DNA of 64,000 bases from Bacillales bacterium (GTDB lineage: Bacteria > Bacillota > Bacilli > Paenibacillales > CANHCR01). The notes beneath the pieces are model-generated. The model ran no database searches. It was not told the DNA's origin and worked only from the letters and a program-made list of their open reading frames with translations. The stretch is from the NCBI GenBank assembly GCA_947459205.1, contig CANHCR010000001.1, positions 74,870-138,869 on the forward strand. The letters run 5' to 3'. Below, piece after piece: positions 19,187 through 28,579 of this stretch (positions are counted from its first letter, which is position 1; each line of letters begins with the position of its first letter). Made by a program: the position numbers and the translations under genes.

Positions 19187-20511
19187 TGATTCGAATCCCT
19201 GATGCCGCCAGATATGCGGATGCCATACGACAAGTTGACCCGATACGCGTGAATGGAAAGGTAACACAGGTGATTGGTTTGACCGTTGAATCGGAAGGAC
19301 CGGATGCGAACATTGGCGAGGTTTGTTACATTTATCCGTCAAAATCATCCAAACCGATTCCCGCCGAAGTAGTAGGTTTTAAAAACAACAAAGTGATTTT
19401 GATGCCGCTAGGTGAATTGAGTGCAATCGGTCCAGGTTGTGATGTTGAAGGCACAGGGCGTCCACTTTCTGTACCTGTAGGATATGAATTGTTAGGAAAA
19501 GTACTCGATGGACTTGGACAACCGCTTGACGGAAGTGCACTTCCATTACACATGACGCGCTACTCTACGAGCAATCAACCGGTTAATCCATTGAAAAAGC
19601 CTCGTATCGTTGAACCCTTAAGTGTCGGTGTTCGTTGTATCGACGGATTGCTGACGATGGGAAAAGGACAACGGGTCGGTATTTTCGCTGGTTCTGGGGT
19701 AGGAAAAAGTACGTTGATGGGTATGATTGCTAGGAACACGTCTGCGGACGTGAACGTCATCGGTTTGATTGGGGAACGCGGCCGTGAGGTGCTTGATTTC
19801 ATCGAACGTGATCTTGGGCCCGAGGGTTTGAGTCGCTCGGTGGTTATTGTAGCAACGTCCGATCAACCAGCATTGATTCGTATCAAAGGTGCACTGATTG
19901 CCACATCGATTGCCGAATACTTCCGCGATCGTGGTCTGAATGTAATGTTTATGATGGATTCAGTCACTCGCTATGCGATGGCGATGCGTGAAGTAGGTCT
20001 TGCCGTTGGTGAACCGCCGGCAACACGCGGATATACACCTTCCGTATTCGCCAACTTGCCGAAACTTTTGGAACGGTCGGGAAATTCAGCGCTAGGTTCG
20101 ATTACCGCTCTGTACACCGTTCTCGTCGATGGCGATGATATGAATGAACCGATTGCCGATGCAGTACGCGGCATCCTGGACGGACACATTGTTCTCGATC
20201 GTAATGTCGCTAACAAAGGCCATTATCCTGCGATTGATGTGCTGGCAAGTGTAAGCCGTGTAATGACCGAAATTGTTCCGCGAGAACATCGTATTGCTGC
20301 GAATCATCTTAAAAAATTACTTGCTGTTTATCGCGAATCGGAAGATTTGATTAATCTCGGTGCTTATCAAATGGGTGCAAATGACGGCATTGATCAAGCG
20401 ATTCAGTATATACATCAAATAAACGAATATACGAAGCAAGAAGTAGATGAGAAAGATGCTTTCGAGGCTGCGCAACAAAGATTGTTGGATGAATTTTTAG
20501 AACTACAATAA
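19186..20511 (+). CDS. fliI: Flagellum-specific ATPase FliI
   Basis: Walker A GSGVGKSTL, Walker B MFMMDSVTR, 441 aa, F1-beta-like. Confidence 0.95.
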   Translation: MIRIPDAARYADAIRQVDPIRVNGKVTQVIGLTVESEGPDANIGEVCYIYPSKSSKPIPAEVVGFKNNKVILMPLGELSAIGPGCDVEGTGRPLSVPVGYELLGKVLDGLGQPLDGSALPLHMTRYSTSNQPVNPLKKPRIVEPLSVGVRCIDGLLTMGKGQRVGIFAGSGVGKSTLMGMIARNTSADVNVIGLIGERGREVLDFIERDLGPEGLSRSVVIVATSDQPALIRIKGALIATSIAEYFRDRGLNVMFMMDSVTRYAMAMREVGLAVGEPPATRGYTPSVFANLPKLLERSGNSALGSITALYTVLVDGDDMNEPIADAVRGILDGHIVLDRNVANKGHYPAIDVLASVSRVMTEIVPREHRIAANHLKKLLAVYRESEDLINLGAYQMGANDGIDQAIQYIHQINEYTKQEVDEKDAFEAAQQRLLDEFLELQ

Positions 20512-20531
20512 AGTAGTTGGAGATGATTTCT

Positions 20532-20972
20532 ATGCGTTTTAAGTATCCGTTACAAAAAGTCGTAAACTTAAAGAAAACGGAAAAAACGAACGCGGAGATG
20601 CTGCTTGCCCGCTCACTTGGACATTTGCGACTTGTAGAGATGACTCTATCCGAACTTGAGCAAGAGTGGGAGGAAATTCAACAAATGCTGGTTGACACGG
20701 CACAATCCCCGTTTACAGTGACACAACTGATTACGATTCAAGGATATCTTGATTACTTGGAACAATGCATTCAACGAAAACGGATTGAAGCCCAACAAGC
20801 GGTAGAAGATGTGAAACAGAAACAAGTTCATCTTACGGAAAAAACGGTGGATGAAAAAGTTTGGTTGAAGACTAAAGAGCGTGCCTATCAAAAATATATG
20901 ACTGTCATGCAAAGAAAAGAGCAATATGAACTTGATGAAATTGCTCTAAGAAGGGGTACCGATCATGAGTGA
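20532..20972 (+). CDS. fliJ: Flagellar export chaperone FliJ
   Basis: About 146-aa coiled-coil protein, MRFKYPLQKVVNLKKTEK..., immediately after fliI. GGAG lies 9 nt upstream of ATG 20532. Confidence 0.7.
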   Translation: MRFKYPLQKVVNLKKTEKTNAEMLLARSLGHLRLVEMTLSELEQEWEEIQQMLVDTAQSPFTVTQLITIQGYLDYLEQCIQRKRIEAQQAVEDVKQKQVHLTEKTVDEKVWLKTKERAYQKYMTVMQRKEQYELDEIALRRGTDHE

Positions 20973-21882
20973 CGTTGGCGTAGAAAAAACGTACAGCACA
21001 TTTGAGAAAATTCTATACATTTTCATCATCCCCATTGTATTCACGGTAATTTTGGCGCTTTCCTTGTTCTCATTGTTTGATTATGACGTGAAGGATACGT
21101 TGCTAAAATACGGAAACGAAATACCATTCATTGGGCAATATTTACCGAAACCGTCTGATGAGAGCGTTACTACAATCGAGACAGCTGATGGCTCGGCGAC
21201 AGTTACAAAAAAAGTGGATGAATTTGGTGTCGATTATACGAAAGAGATTCGCAGCTTGAATGACAAAATTGCTGTGCAAGAATCAGAATTAAAAAAAGCA
21301 ATTCGTGATATTGAAACAAAAGACAAGCTAATCACTGAATTAAAAACAACATTGAAGCAACGAGACGAGCAATTAAAAGCGAAATCATTAACCGATAATG
21401 AATATATAAACAAAATTAAAGAACTTGCTACTGTTTATGCCAGTATGTCAGCGAGTAAAGCGGCACCAATTGTCGAGAAATTATCGACGGAAGAAGCCGT
21501 GCTTGTGTTAAACCAAATGTCTGCTGGCGACAAGAAAAATATTTTGCAGAAGATGGAACCTGGTAGAGCTGCTGAAATTTCGATTATGACGAAGGATGCA
21601 GTACCGGTCAAGGATCAAGAAATTGCGGCGTTACAAGCACGATTGAACCTGCAAAATCCGAATTCTGATGTGAAGGTTAAAGTTAGCAAACAAGATATGG
21701 CGTCGACATATGAGAACATGGACCCTAAAATAGCCTCTGCAGTACTAAGTGAATTGCTAAATGAAAATGCAAACCGTGTGTTTAGTATTATGGCGAATTT
21801 AAGTCCTGCAGCGCGTGCGAAGATTATCGAAGAGATGTCTCCGAAATTAGCGGCTAGAATTACCAGCAGAATCGGAGAATAA
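20965..21882 (+). CDS. YlxF/MotE-family flagellar protein (N-terminal TM, coiled coil, two MgtE_N-like repeats)
   Basis: The two repeats are ASMSASKAAPIVEKLSTEEAVLVLNQMSAGDKKNILQKMEPGRAAEI and ENMDPKIASAVLSELLNENANRVFSIMANLSPAARAKIIEEMSPKLAARI. Sits at the ylxF position between fliJ and fliK. Confidence 0.6.
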   Translation: MSDVGVEKTYSTFEKILYIFIIPIVFTVILALSLFSLFDYDVKDTLLKYGNEIPFIGQYLPKPSDESVTTIETADGSATVTKKVDEFGVDYTKEIRSLNDKIAVQESELKKAIRDIETKDKLITELKTTLKQRDEQLKAKSLTDNEYINKIKELATVYASMSASKAAPIVEKLSTEEAVLVLNQMSAGDKKNILQKMEPGRAAEISIMTKDAVPVKDQEIAALQARLNLQNPNSDVKVKVSKQDMASTYENMDPKIASAVLSELLNENANRVFSIMANLSPAARAKIIEEMSPKLAARITSRIGE

Positions 21883-21917
21883 TAGAGCATCACTTTTCGT
21901 GAAAGGGGGTGATAAAA

Positions 21918-23405
21918 ATGGCTATGAGTATATTTGATTTAAAAGCAGGTTTGAAAACGGATACAAATTTGAGTGTAACCAAGCCTTCGTCAAGCCAAGC
22001 GAAACACAGCGATTTTCGCAGTGTTTTAGAGAATGTGCAAAAAATAAGACAATCGCAACCGACGAGGATCAACGCTCCAACGGAGTCGAACGACAATCTT
22101 GATGTAAGCGTTCAAGTACCACCTAGTAGTGTGAAAACTGATGAGGTTGAACACGAAGTGGTTGTACAAGAAGTCGCTGAACATGAAGAGGTTGAACAAA
22201 AAGTGGCTGATGTGGTAACTCAACTTTCAAATCCAACGCAGTCACAAGAAACGATAGAGGTTAGTGATGCAATCGTCCAGTCTAGTTCACTCAATGAGGA
22301 AATGAAAGTTGTTGTGAATGAGTCTGACGAACAGATTCAGTTGACCAATGTTGAGGTAAATGTTGCAGTTGCAGAAGTACCATTCTCATTGGCGCCGCAA
22401 CAACGTATTGCTGTCCATGAATTTGAACAAATGATTACTCAATTGAATCAGTTCATGAATGGCAAACTTCAATTAGACGAGCAACAATTGCAGGCATTAA
22501 TGGCGAAGTTGATGAAGTTTTTGCAACAAAATGCGGATTGGATGGAAACGAATCCGATGTTCAAAAATAAACCAGTTGCAGAATTCATGGTTGCACTGAA
22601 TCAATTGTTATCCGGTGATCAAAAACCTAATTTGGAAACGCTTCAAAAATTGATAGCGCAATTCCAGAAGGTGGACGAACCTGTAACTGATGCTAAGAAT
22701 GCTGATGCAAAGCAAACGACAACAGCAACATCATCAGCAACTACTTCAGACACAAAGTCTCAACCAAGTGAACCAAAACTTGCGGCGAACGCCAAACAAG
22801 TCGTAGCTTTTTCTGAACAAAAAGTAGAGCAACCAGCAGTTGCCCCTACGCAAGCGAAGGCAACAGAACCAGTGACTGTGTCAAATCAGATTCAGCAACA
22901 AATCACGACTCAGCAACTTACTACTGCCAAACCTGAACAGACGCAAACATTCACACCACAACAGTTGCCACAAGAAATGCAAAAATTAGTGAAAAGTTTC
23001 CGCTTAAATCGAGCGAACGGCACAAACGAAGCGCGATTTGCATTAAATCCGGAACATCTTGGTCATATTAACGTAAAAATTAGCGTTACAAATGGCTCGG
23101 TGGTAGCACAAATCTATACGGACACTGCGATGGCTAAGGAAACGCTAGATGCACAATTGCTCCATTTAAGAGCTGCACTACAAAGTTCAGGCCTAATCGT
23201 AGAGAAGTTAGAAATTTTCAACAATACAATGCTTTCTCAACAATTCCACGAGCAAAAACGACAACAATCTTCACAGCAATTCAACAAGCAACAAAAACAA
23301 AAGCATGTTGATGTGACGGATGTGGGCATTCAAGAGGATGAATCTACGGATGTCGAATCTGGAATTCGCTTGAAAATGGGGGCGAGAATCGATGTCACCG
23401 CATAA
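21918..23405 (+). CDS. fliK: Flagellar hook-length control protein FliK
   Basis: Q/T-rich central region and C-terminal Flg_hook-type domain (ARFALNPEHLGHINVKISVTNGSVVAQIYTDTAMAKETLDAQLLHLRAALQSSGL). GAAAGGGGG lies upstream of ATG 21918. Confidence 0.8.
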   Translation: MAMSIFDLKAGLKTDTNLSVTKPSSSQAKHSDFRSVLENVQKIRQSQPTRINAPTESNDNLDVSVQVPPSSVKTDEVEHEVVVQEVAEHEEVEQKVADVVTQLSNPTQSQETIEVSDAIVQSSSLNEEMKVVVNESDEQIQLTNVEVNVAVAEVPFSLAPQQRIAVHEFEQMITQLNQFMNGKLQLDEQQLQALMAKLMKFLQQNADWMETNPMFKNKPVAEFMVALNQLLSGDQKPNLETLQKLIAQFQKVDEPVTDAKNADAKQTTTATSSATTSDTKSQPSEPKLAANAKQVVAFSEQKVEQPAVAPTQAKATEPVTVSNQIQQQITTQQLTTAKPEQTQTFTPQQLPQEMQKLVKSFRLNRANGTNEARFALNPEHLGHINVKISVTNGSVVAQIYTDTAMAKETLDAQLLHLRAALQSSGLIVEKLEIFNNTMLSQQFHEQKRQQSSQQFNKQQKQKHVDVTDVGIQEDESTDVESGIRLKMGARIDVTA

Positions 23406-23431
23406 TTTTCGCAGAATAGGAGGTAAAATCG

Positions 23432-23884
23432 ATGTCATCGACGAATAATATTGATAACAACTACTCATCGGTAACACTTGGTCCACCGAAAGCGCGTGTC
23501 GTTGGTCCGAATAATAATCTGGGCAAGGATCAGTTTTTGCAAATCTTAATGGTCCAATTAAAGAATCAAGACCCAATGTCGCCACTACAAGACAAAGATT
23601 TCATTGCACAGATGGCACAATTCACAAGCGTTGAACAATTGACAAAAATCAGCACTGCAGTCCAAGGGTCGCTAGATGAGATGAGAGCATTACGCGAATC
23701 ACTCGGTGTGGCATCCGGGCTGATTGATAAAACAATCAATTGGTCCATTCCAGCAGTTGGGAAAACACCTGCTAAAAATGGTAGCGGTAAAGTAGAAGCG
23801 ATTACCATTCGCGACGGAGTACAGTACGCGATTGTGAAAGGGGAGGAAATTTCTCTAAACCGAATCACACGAATCGGGAATTAG
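23432..23884 (+). CDS. flgD: Flagellar hook assembly/capping protein FlgD
   Basis: [40 protein letters not shown] is the canonical FlgD N-terminal motif. Confidence 0.9.
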   Translation: MSSTNNIDNNYSSVTLGPPKARVVGPNNNLGKDQFLQILMVQLKNQDPMSPLQDKDFIAQMAQFTSVEQLTKISTAVQGSLDEMRALRESLGVASGLIDKTINWSIPAVGKTPAKNGSGKVEAITIRDGVQYAIVKGEEISLNRITRIGN

Positions 23885-23896
23885 AGAGAGTCGACA

Positions 23897-24310
23897 ATGA
23901 GCGATCGCCTGCCCATCCACCAACTTTACCAAAATGCGTTGCGAACACCGCAGGTAAAACCGGGGGTAAACGTACCGAACAAATTCAACGGTACGGTTAC
24001 AAAAGGGAATCAACAACCAGGCGCAGCAAGTTTCCAAAACATACTGCAACAACGAATTTTGCAGTTCAGTCAGCACGCGGAAACTCGGCTAAGACAAAGA
24101 GGGATTGTGTTGCGTAATGATCAAATCGAGAAAATTAACAACGCAATTGACAAAGCATCTGCGAAGGGCGCTAAAGATTCACTGATTTTGATGCAAGACG
24201 TTGCGATGATCGTCAACATCAAAAACAGAACCGTGATTACCGCGATGGATTCGCAATCACTAGAGGATCATGTTTTCACGCAAATAGACAGTGCAGTAAT
24301 TATTCCTTAA
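23897..24310 (+). CDS. Flagellar operon protein of the family found between flgD and flgE in Firmicutes (TIGR02530-like)
   Basis: FSQHAETRLRQRGIVL...AIDKASAKGAKDSLILMQDVAMIVNIKNRTVITAMD matches my recollection of that family, and the position fits. Function unknown. Confidence 0.6.
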   Translation: MSDRLPIHQLYQNALRTPQVKPGVNVPNKFNGTVTKGNQQPGAASFQNILQQRILQFSQHAETRLRQRGIVLRNDQIEKINNAIDKASAKGAKDSLILMQDVAMIVNIKNRTVITAMDSQSLEDHVFTQIDSAVIIP

Positions 24311-24388
24311 GGGCTGGACCGGAAGGGGGCCCTCCGACTGCCGATCGAATGACGCAGTTGAATCAATGACAATTAGGAGGAAGTAACA

Positions 24389-25555
24389 ATGATTAGAGCG
24401 ATGTATTCAGGTATTTCCGGTATGAGAGGCTTTCAAACAAAGTTGGATGTAATCTCCAACAACGTAGCGAACGTGAACACGACTGGTTACAAATTGGCAC
24501 GTACGACGTTTCGTGATATTTTGAGCCAAACGGTCGCTGCTGGTACTGTTCCAAATCAAGATCAAGGCGGTATCAATGCGCGTCAAATCGGTTTGGGTGT
24601 TGGCGTTGCTTCGATTGATACAATTTTCTCGCAAGGTTCCGCACAAAGCACTGGTGTTAAGACAGATTTGATGATTGAGGGCGATGGATTCTTCGTCGTT
24701 TCTGAAACTGCTTCAGGTTCTGCGCTTGGTAATACGGCAAACAAAACGAGCGTCAGTGTGGCAGCTATGGATGAAACGAGTGTTACGTTAGATATTTCTG
24801 CACCAACGAATCCAACAACTCCAATAGCTCAATATCGCATCCTTCGTGCACAAGGTGACAATCCGCCACAACAGATTGGTTTAATCAATGTTGAAGATGA
24901 ACCTTATCAAGCAACAGGACTTACTGCCGGTGAAACATACACATTCAGTGTTGAGGCACTAGATGCAGATGGTAATGTCATTTCCGGATATCCGAGTGAG
25001 ACTTTAGAAGTCGTGATGGATCCGAACATTAATCAAATTGGCAAAAGCAGCAGCGACTCCATCGGTCTTTTGTTCACTCGTGCGGGTAATTTCTATTTTG
25101 ATAAAAACCGTAACCTCGTAACTGCTGACGGTTTGTTCGTTATGGATACTGAAGGCAAGAAAATTACGATTGATCCGACAGCGGTTGCATATAACATTGA
25201 CGAGCGCGGATTCATTGTCCAAGTCAATAACAAAGGGGAGCAAATTGAGAATTCACCACAAATCGGTATTGCTAAGTTTGCCAACCCACAAGGTCTAGAA
25301 AAAGTCGGTTCAACTCGCTTCAGATATACGCGTGTTGCGGATGCTGATGATCAACCGAAACCATACATTTTCAAACCTGATACATTCGAAAAAGGTACCG
25401 GTAAAATTCGTTCCGGATTCCTTGAAATGTCGAACGTTGACCTCGGTGTTGAGTTCTCTGAAATGATCGTTTCGCAACGTGGATTTCAAGCGAACACAAG
25501 AATCATCACCACATCAGATGAACTGTTGCAAGAAGTCGTTAACCTGAAACGATAA
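24389..25555 (+). CDS. flgE: Flagellar hook protein FlgE with an internal fn3-like insertion
   Basis: N-terminal rod/hook motif MYSGISGMRGFQTKLDVISNNVANVNTTGYK and C-terminal LEMSNVDLGVEFSEMIVSQRGFQANTRIITTSDELLQEVVNLKR. AGGAGG RBS. See the finding for aa 119-208. Confidence 0.9.
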   Translation: MIRAMYSGISGMRGFQTKLDVISNNVANVNTTGYKLARTTFRDILSQTVAAGTVPNQDQGGINARQIGLGVGVASIDTIFSQGSAQSTGVKTDLMIEGDGFFVVSETASGSALGNTANKTSVSVAAMDETSVTLDISAPTNPTTPIAQYRILRAQGDNPPQQIGLINVEDEPYQATGLTAGETYTFSVEALDADGNVISGYPSETLEVVMDPNINQIGKSSSDSIGLLFTRAGNFYFDKNRNLVTADGLFVMDTEGKKITIDPTAVAYNIDERGFIVQVNNKGEQIENSPQIGIAKFANPQGLEKVGSTRFRYTRVADADDQPKPYIFKPDTFEKGTGKIRSGFLEMSNVDLGVEFSEMIVSQRGFQANTRIITTSDELLQEVVNLKR

Positions 25556-25659
25556 TCCGTTTGATTAGATTTTAGGGGGATGAGAGGTGTTTAACGCCTC
25601 TCTTCTCACTGTTTATCACATCGCCCAGCAATACAGTTTGAGTATATTGGAGGTTACAT

Positions 25660-25875
25660 ATGATTACTGTCACTCGCCTAAATGGACAACCAATCACAAT
25701 TAACGCACTGATGATCGAATCCATCGAACAAACCCCTGATACACTCATCGCTTTGACTACTGGAAAAAGATTAACTGTTCGCGAAAAGAGTGCTGATGTG
25801 ATAGACTTAATAAAGCAATACATGACATCCATTAATTATATCCGTCTGGATTTCAAGACTAAGGAGGACCAATAA
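25660..25875 (+). CDS. flbD: Flagellar protein FlbD (SwrD/YlzI-like)
   Basis: MITVTRLNGQPITINALMIESIEQTPDTLIALTTGKRLTVREKSADVIDLIKQY is the typical FlbD sequence pattern. Confidence 0.85.
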   Translation: MITVTRLNGQPITINALMIESIEQTPDTLIALTTGKRLTVREKSADVIDLIKQYMTSINYIRLDFKTKEDQ

Positions 25876-25876
25876 A

Positions 25877-26356
25877 GTGTTCAAAAATAAATTGCTCCAA
25901 CTTGGCGTCATTATTTTAATCGCGCTAGCACTAATCGCAGTCGTCGTTGTCATTCTATTCAATACGATTCTAGATACAAGTCCTGATCCGAATGACCCGA
26001 ATGCGAATGTGAAGGAAAAAGTTGAAAATGTGGATAGCAAAAAGTACACAGCTGATGAGTTGATCGAAATGTCTGTTCACATGAATGATCTGATTGCCAA
26101 TTTGTCGAATAAAGACATCGTGCAACTTAGTTTGACGTTCGAATTGGACAGCGTTGACGCTAAGGGAGAGTTCGAAAAGTTAGACTACATCACCAAAGAT
26201 ATCGTGCTAAAGACGATTGCTGACATGAAACCGGAAGATATTGAAGGAGCGAAAGGGATTGACTTCCTATCTGCAACTTTGATGAACAAAATCAATCCGA
26301 AATTAACCGAAGGTAAACTTCGCGAAATTTATGTCACCAAACTGATTCAGCCATAG
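25877..26356 (+). CDS. fliL: Flagellar basal body-associated protein FliL
   Basis: 159 aa with a single N-terminal TM (LLQLGVIILIALALIAVVVVILF) and C-terminal LREIYVTKLIQP. Sits before fliM. Confidence 0.85.
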   Translation: MFKNKLLQLGVIILIALALIAVVVVILFNTILDTSPDPNDPNANVKEKVENVDSKKYTADELIEMSVHMNDLIANLSNKDIVQLSLTFELDSVDAKGEFEKLDYITKDIVLKTIADMKPEDIEGAKGIDFLSATLMNKINPKLTEGKLREIYVTKLIQP

Positions 26357-26392
26357 TCACACCATTGTTTGTTCCGAAAGGGGGGATTGTTC

Positions 26393-27397
26393 TTGGTAGA
26401 CGTACTGTCACAAAGTGAGATTGATACGCTGTTAGCTGCGCTTTCGCGTGGCGAGGTAGACGGCGATCATTTGAAAAAGGATAACACTCAGCGACGTGTC
26501 AAAGTATATGATTTTAAACGTGCGGTTCGTTTCTCGAAAGATCATATCCGCAGTTTGACGAGAATTCACGAGACTTTTGCTAGATACTTGTCCACTTATT
26601 TTTCTGCGCAATTACGCACATTCGTGCAAATCAACGTCGTACAAGTTGAACAATTGCCATATGAAGAGTTTGTTCGCTCGATTCCGTCGATGACAATCTT
26701 GAACATCTTTCAAGCAGAACCTTTTGAAGGGCGTCTTGTTCTTGAAGTCAATCCGAACATTGCTTACACACTACTGGATCGCCTGTTTGGTGGGTTCGGT
26801 GGCTCGTTTGAAGAAGTCGATGATTTGACTGAGATTGAGCAAGTAGTCATCGAACGCGTGTTTGGAAATGCGCTTGATTCATTCCGTGAAGCGTGGAAGA
26901 CAGTTGTCGATTTGACACCAGAGCATGAGGCGCTTGAAACGAATCCGCAATTTATGCAAATCGTATCGCCGAATGAAACAATCGCGCTGATTTCGCTCAG
27001 TGTAAAAGTCGGTGAAGCGACGGGGATGATGAACTTGTGTATCCCTCATGTGACATTAGAGCCGTATATGCAAAAACTTTCCGTCAACAACTTGTTTTTT
27101 ACGTCTCGTAAAGAACGGAATGAAGAAGAAGAAAAGCAACTTCATAATCGGGTGCAGAAGACGAAAGTTGATCTCGTCGCTTTGCTTGGCGAAACATCAA
27201 TTACAGTCGAAGAACTTTTACAACTCTCAACTGGCGATTGTTTGAAACTAGACAATCACAAAGATGATATGATTCGACTTAAGGTCGGAGAAGATATTAA
27301 GTTTATCGGTAGCCCGGGAATTTCTCGCCATAAAATGGCTGTTCAAATCATTGAACACATTGAAGAGGGAGTGGAGCAAGATGATGAGCAACAGTAA
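26393..27397 (+). CDS. fliM: Flagellar motor switch protein FliM
   Basis: N-terminal CheY-binding peptide VLSQSEIDTLLAAL and the FliM middle and C-terminal SpoA domains. GAAAGGGGGG lies 7 nt upstream of TTG 26393. Confidence 0.92.
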   Translation: MVDVLSQSEIDTLLAALSRGEVDGDHLKKDNTQRRVKVYDFKRAVRFSKDHIRSLTRIHETFARYLSTYFSAQLRTFVQINVVQVEQLPYEEFVRSIPSMTILNIFQAEPFEGRLVLEVNPNIAYTLLDRLFGGFGGSFEEVDDLTEIEQVVIERVFGNALDSFREAWKTVVDLTPEHEALETNPQFMQIVSPNETIALISLSVKVGEATGMMNLCIPHVTLEPYMQKLSVNNLFFTSRKERNEEEEKQLHNRVQKTKVDLVALLGETSITVEELLQLSTGDCLKLDNHKDDMIRLKVGEDIKFIGSPGISRHKMAVQIIEHIEEGVEQDDEQQ

Positions 27398-28547
27398 AGA
27401 TTATTTATCACCAGATGAAATTGAAGCGTTGTTAAAAAACCAAGAGGAAGAAACGGCTCTTGATGAAGTACTTAACGTGAGTGACTATCTTACTTCCGAA
27501 GATCGTGATTCGCTTGCACAAGTAAATCATATTGCATATGGCGCAGCTGCTACTAGTTTGTCGTCATTGCTCGGCCAAAAGGTTGACATTACATCAACCG
27601 AAGTCGCAGTTGTCAAACGTGCTGCTTTGGGCCGTGATGCTGTTAATCCACAAATTGCTGTCAATGTACAGTATATGGAAGGCATTTATGGTGTGCAGTC
27701 CTTATTTTTGGCGACAGAAGATGCAAAAATTATCGCCGATTTGTTGAATGGCGGCAGCGGTGTTTCAGATGGTGAATCAACGCTGAATGAAGCACAAACA
27801 AGTGCTGTTCAAGAAGCGATGAATCAAATGATTGGATCTGCTTCGACTTCAATGAGCACATTGTTTAACGTGATGGTCAATAACGGTGCGCCAACTGTTG
27901 CTGCTATTGATTTCGCTAACCTGAGTGCAGAACAAATGATTCCACAAGATGATGTGTTAGTACAAGTCACGTTTGATTTGAAAATCGGTTCGATCAAGCA
28001 ATCGAAACTCATCCAATTGACAACCGTTCCATTTGTCAAAAATGTAGCCTCAGCTTTGAAAAATGCTGCAAATGCATCGACTGCTGCTGCATCTGCAAAT
28101 GAACCAGCAGAAGTACAACAAGTATTGAATCAAGCGGATGCTACACCTTCCTATTCTTATAATGCACCACAAGCTACGGGGTACTCTCAACCGCCGTCAC
28201 AAGCACCATCAAGAAATGTTAATGTGAGCGCGCAAACACCTGAATGGGCATCATTTAATTCCGGATCGCAATTAAATCCTTTTGAAGCGAATAATTTGAA
28301 TATGCTTATGCATATCCCGCTCAAATTATCTGTTGAATTAGGACGCACACAAAAATTGATTAAAGACATTTTGGACTTGTCACAAGGTTCGATTGTTGAA
28401 TTGGACAAACTTGCTGGCGAACCAGTGGACATTTTAGTGAACGACCAGTTGATTGCGAAAGGCGAAGTTGTTGTTATTGACGAAAACTTTGGTGTTCGTG
28501 TAACAGAGATTATTACTCAGTGGGATCGTTTGCAAAAACTTCGTTGA
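27381..28547 (+). CDS. fliY: Flagellar motor switch phosphatase FliY (CheC-like middle domain plus FliN-like C-terminus)
   Basis: N-terminal LSPDEIEALL peptide, CheC-like repeats, and C-terminal FliN/SpoA domain (IPLKLSVELGRTQKLIKDILDLSQGSIVELDKLAGEPVDILVNDQLIAKGEVVVIDENFGVRVTEI). Confidence 0.88.
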   Translation: MMSNSKDYLSPDEIEALLKNQEEETALDEVLNVSDYLTSEDRDSLAQVNHIAYGAAATSLSSLLGQKVDITSTEVAVVKRAALGRDAVNPQIAVNVQYMEGIYGVQSLFLATEDAKIIADLLNGGSGVSDGESTLNEAQTSAVQEAMNQMIGSASTSMSTLFNVMVNNGAPTVAAIDFANLSAEQMIPQDDVLVQVTFDLKIGSIKQSKLIQLTTVPFVKNVASALKNAANASTAAASANEPAEVQQVLNQADATPSYSYNAPQATGYSQPPSQAPSRNVNVSAQTPEWASFNSGSQLNPFEANNLNMLMHIPLKLSVELGRTQKLIKDILDLSQGSIVELDKLAGEPVDILVNDQLIAKGEVVVIDENFGVRVTEIITQWDRLQKLR

Positions 28548-28579
28548 TGAGTCGTTTGTATTTTTTGGGAGGATTATAA

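Noticed and set aside
21340-21375. SigD-like -10 element (ACCGATAA) inside the ylxF-like gene, reminiscent of internal fla/che promoters in B. subtilis
   Set aside because: The nearest TAAA is only about 13 nt upstream instead of 15 and the GCC is missing, so a chance match is likely.
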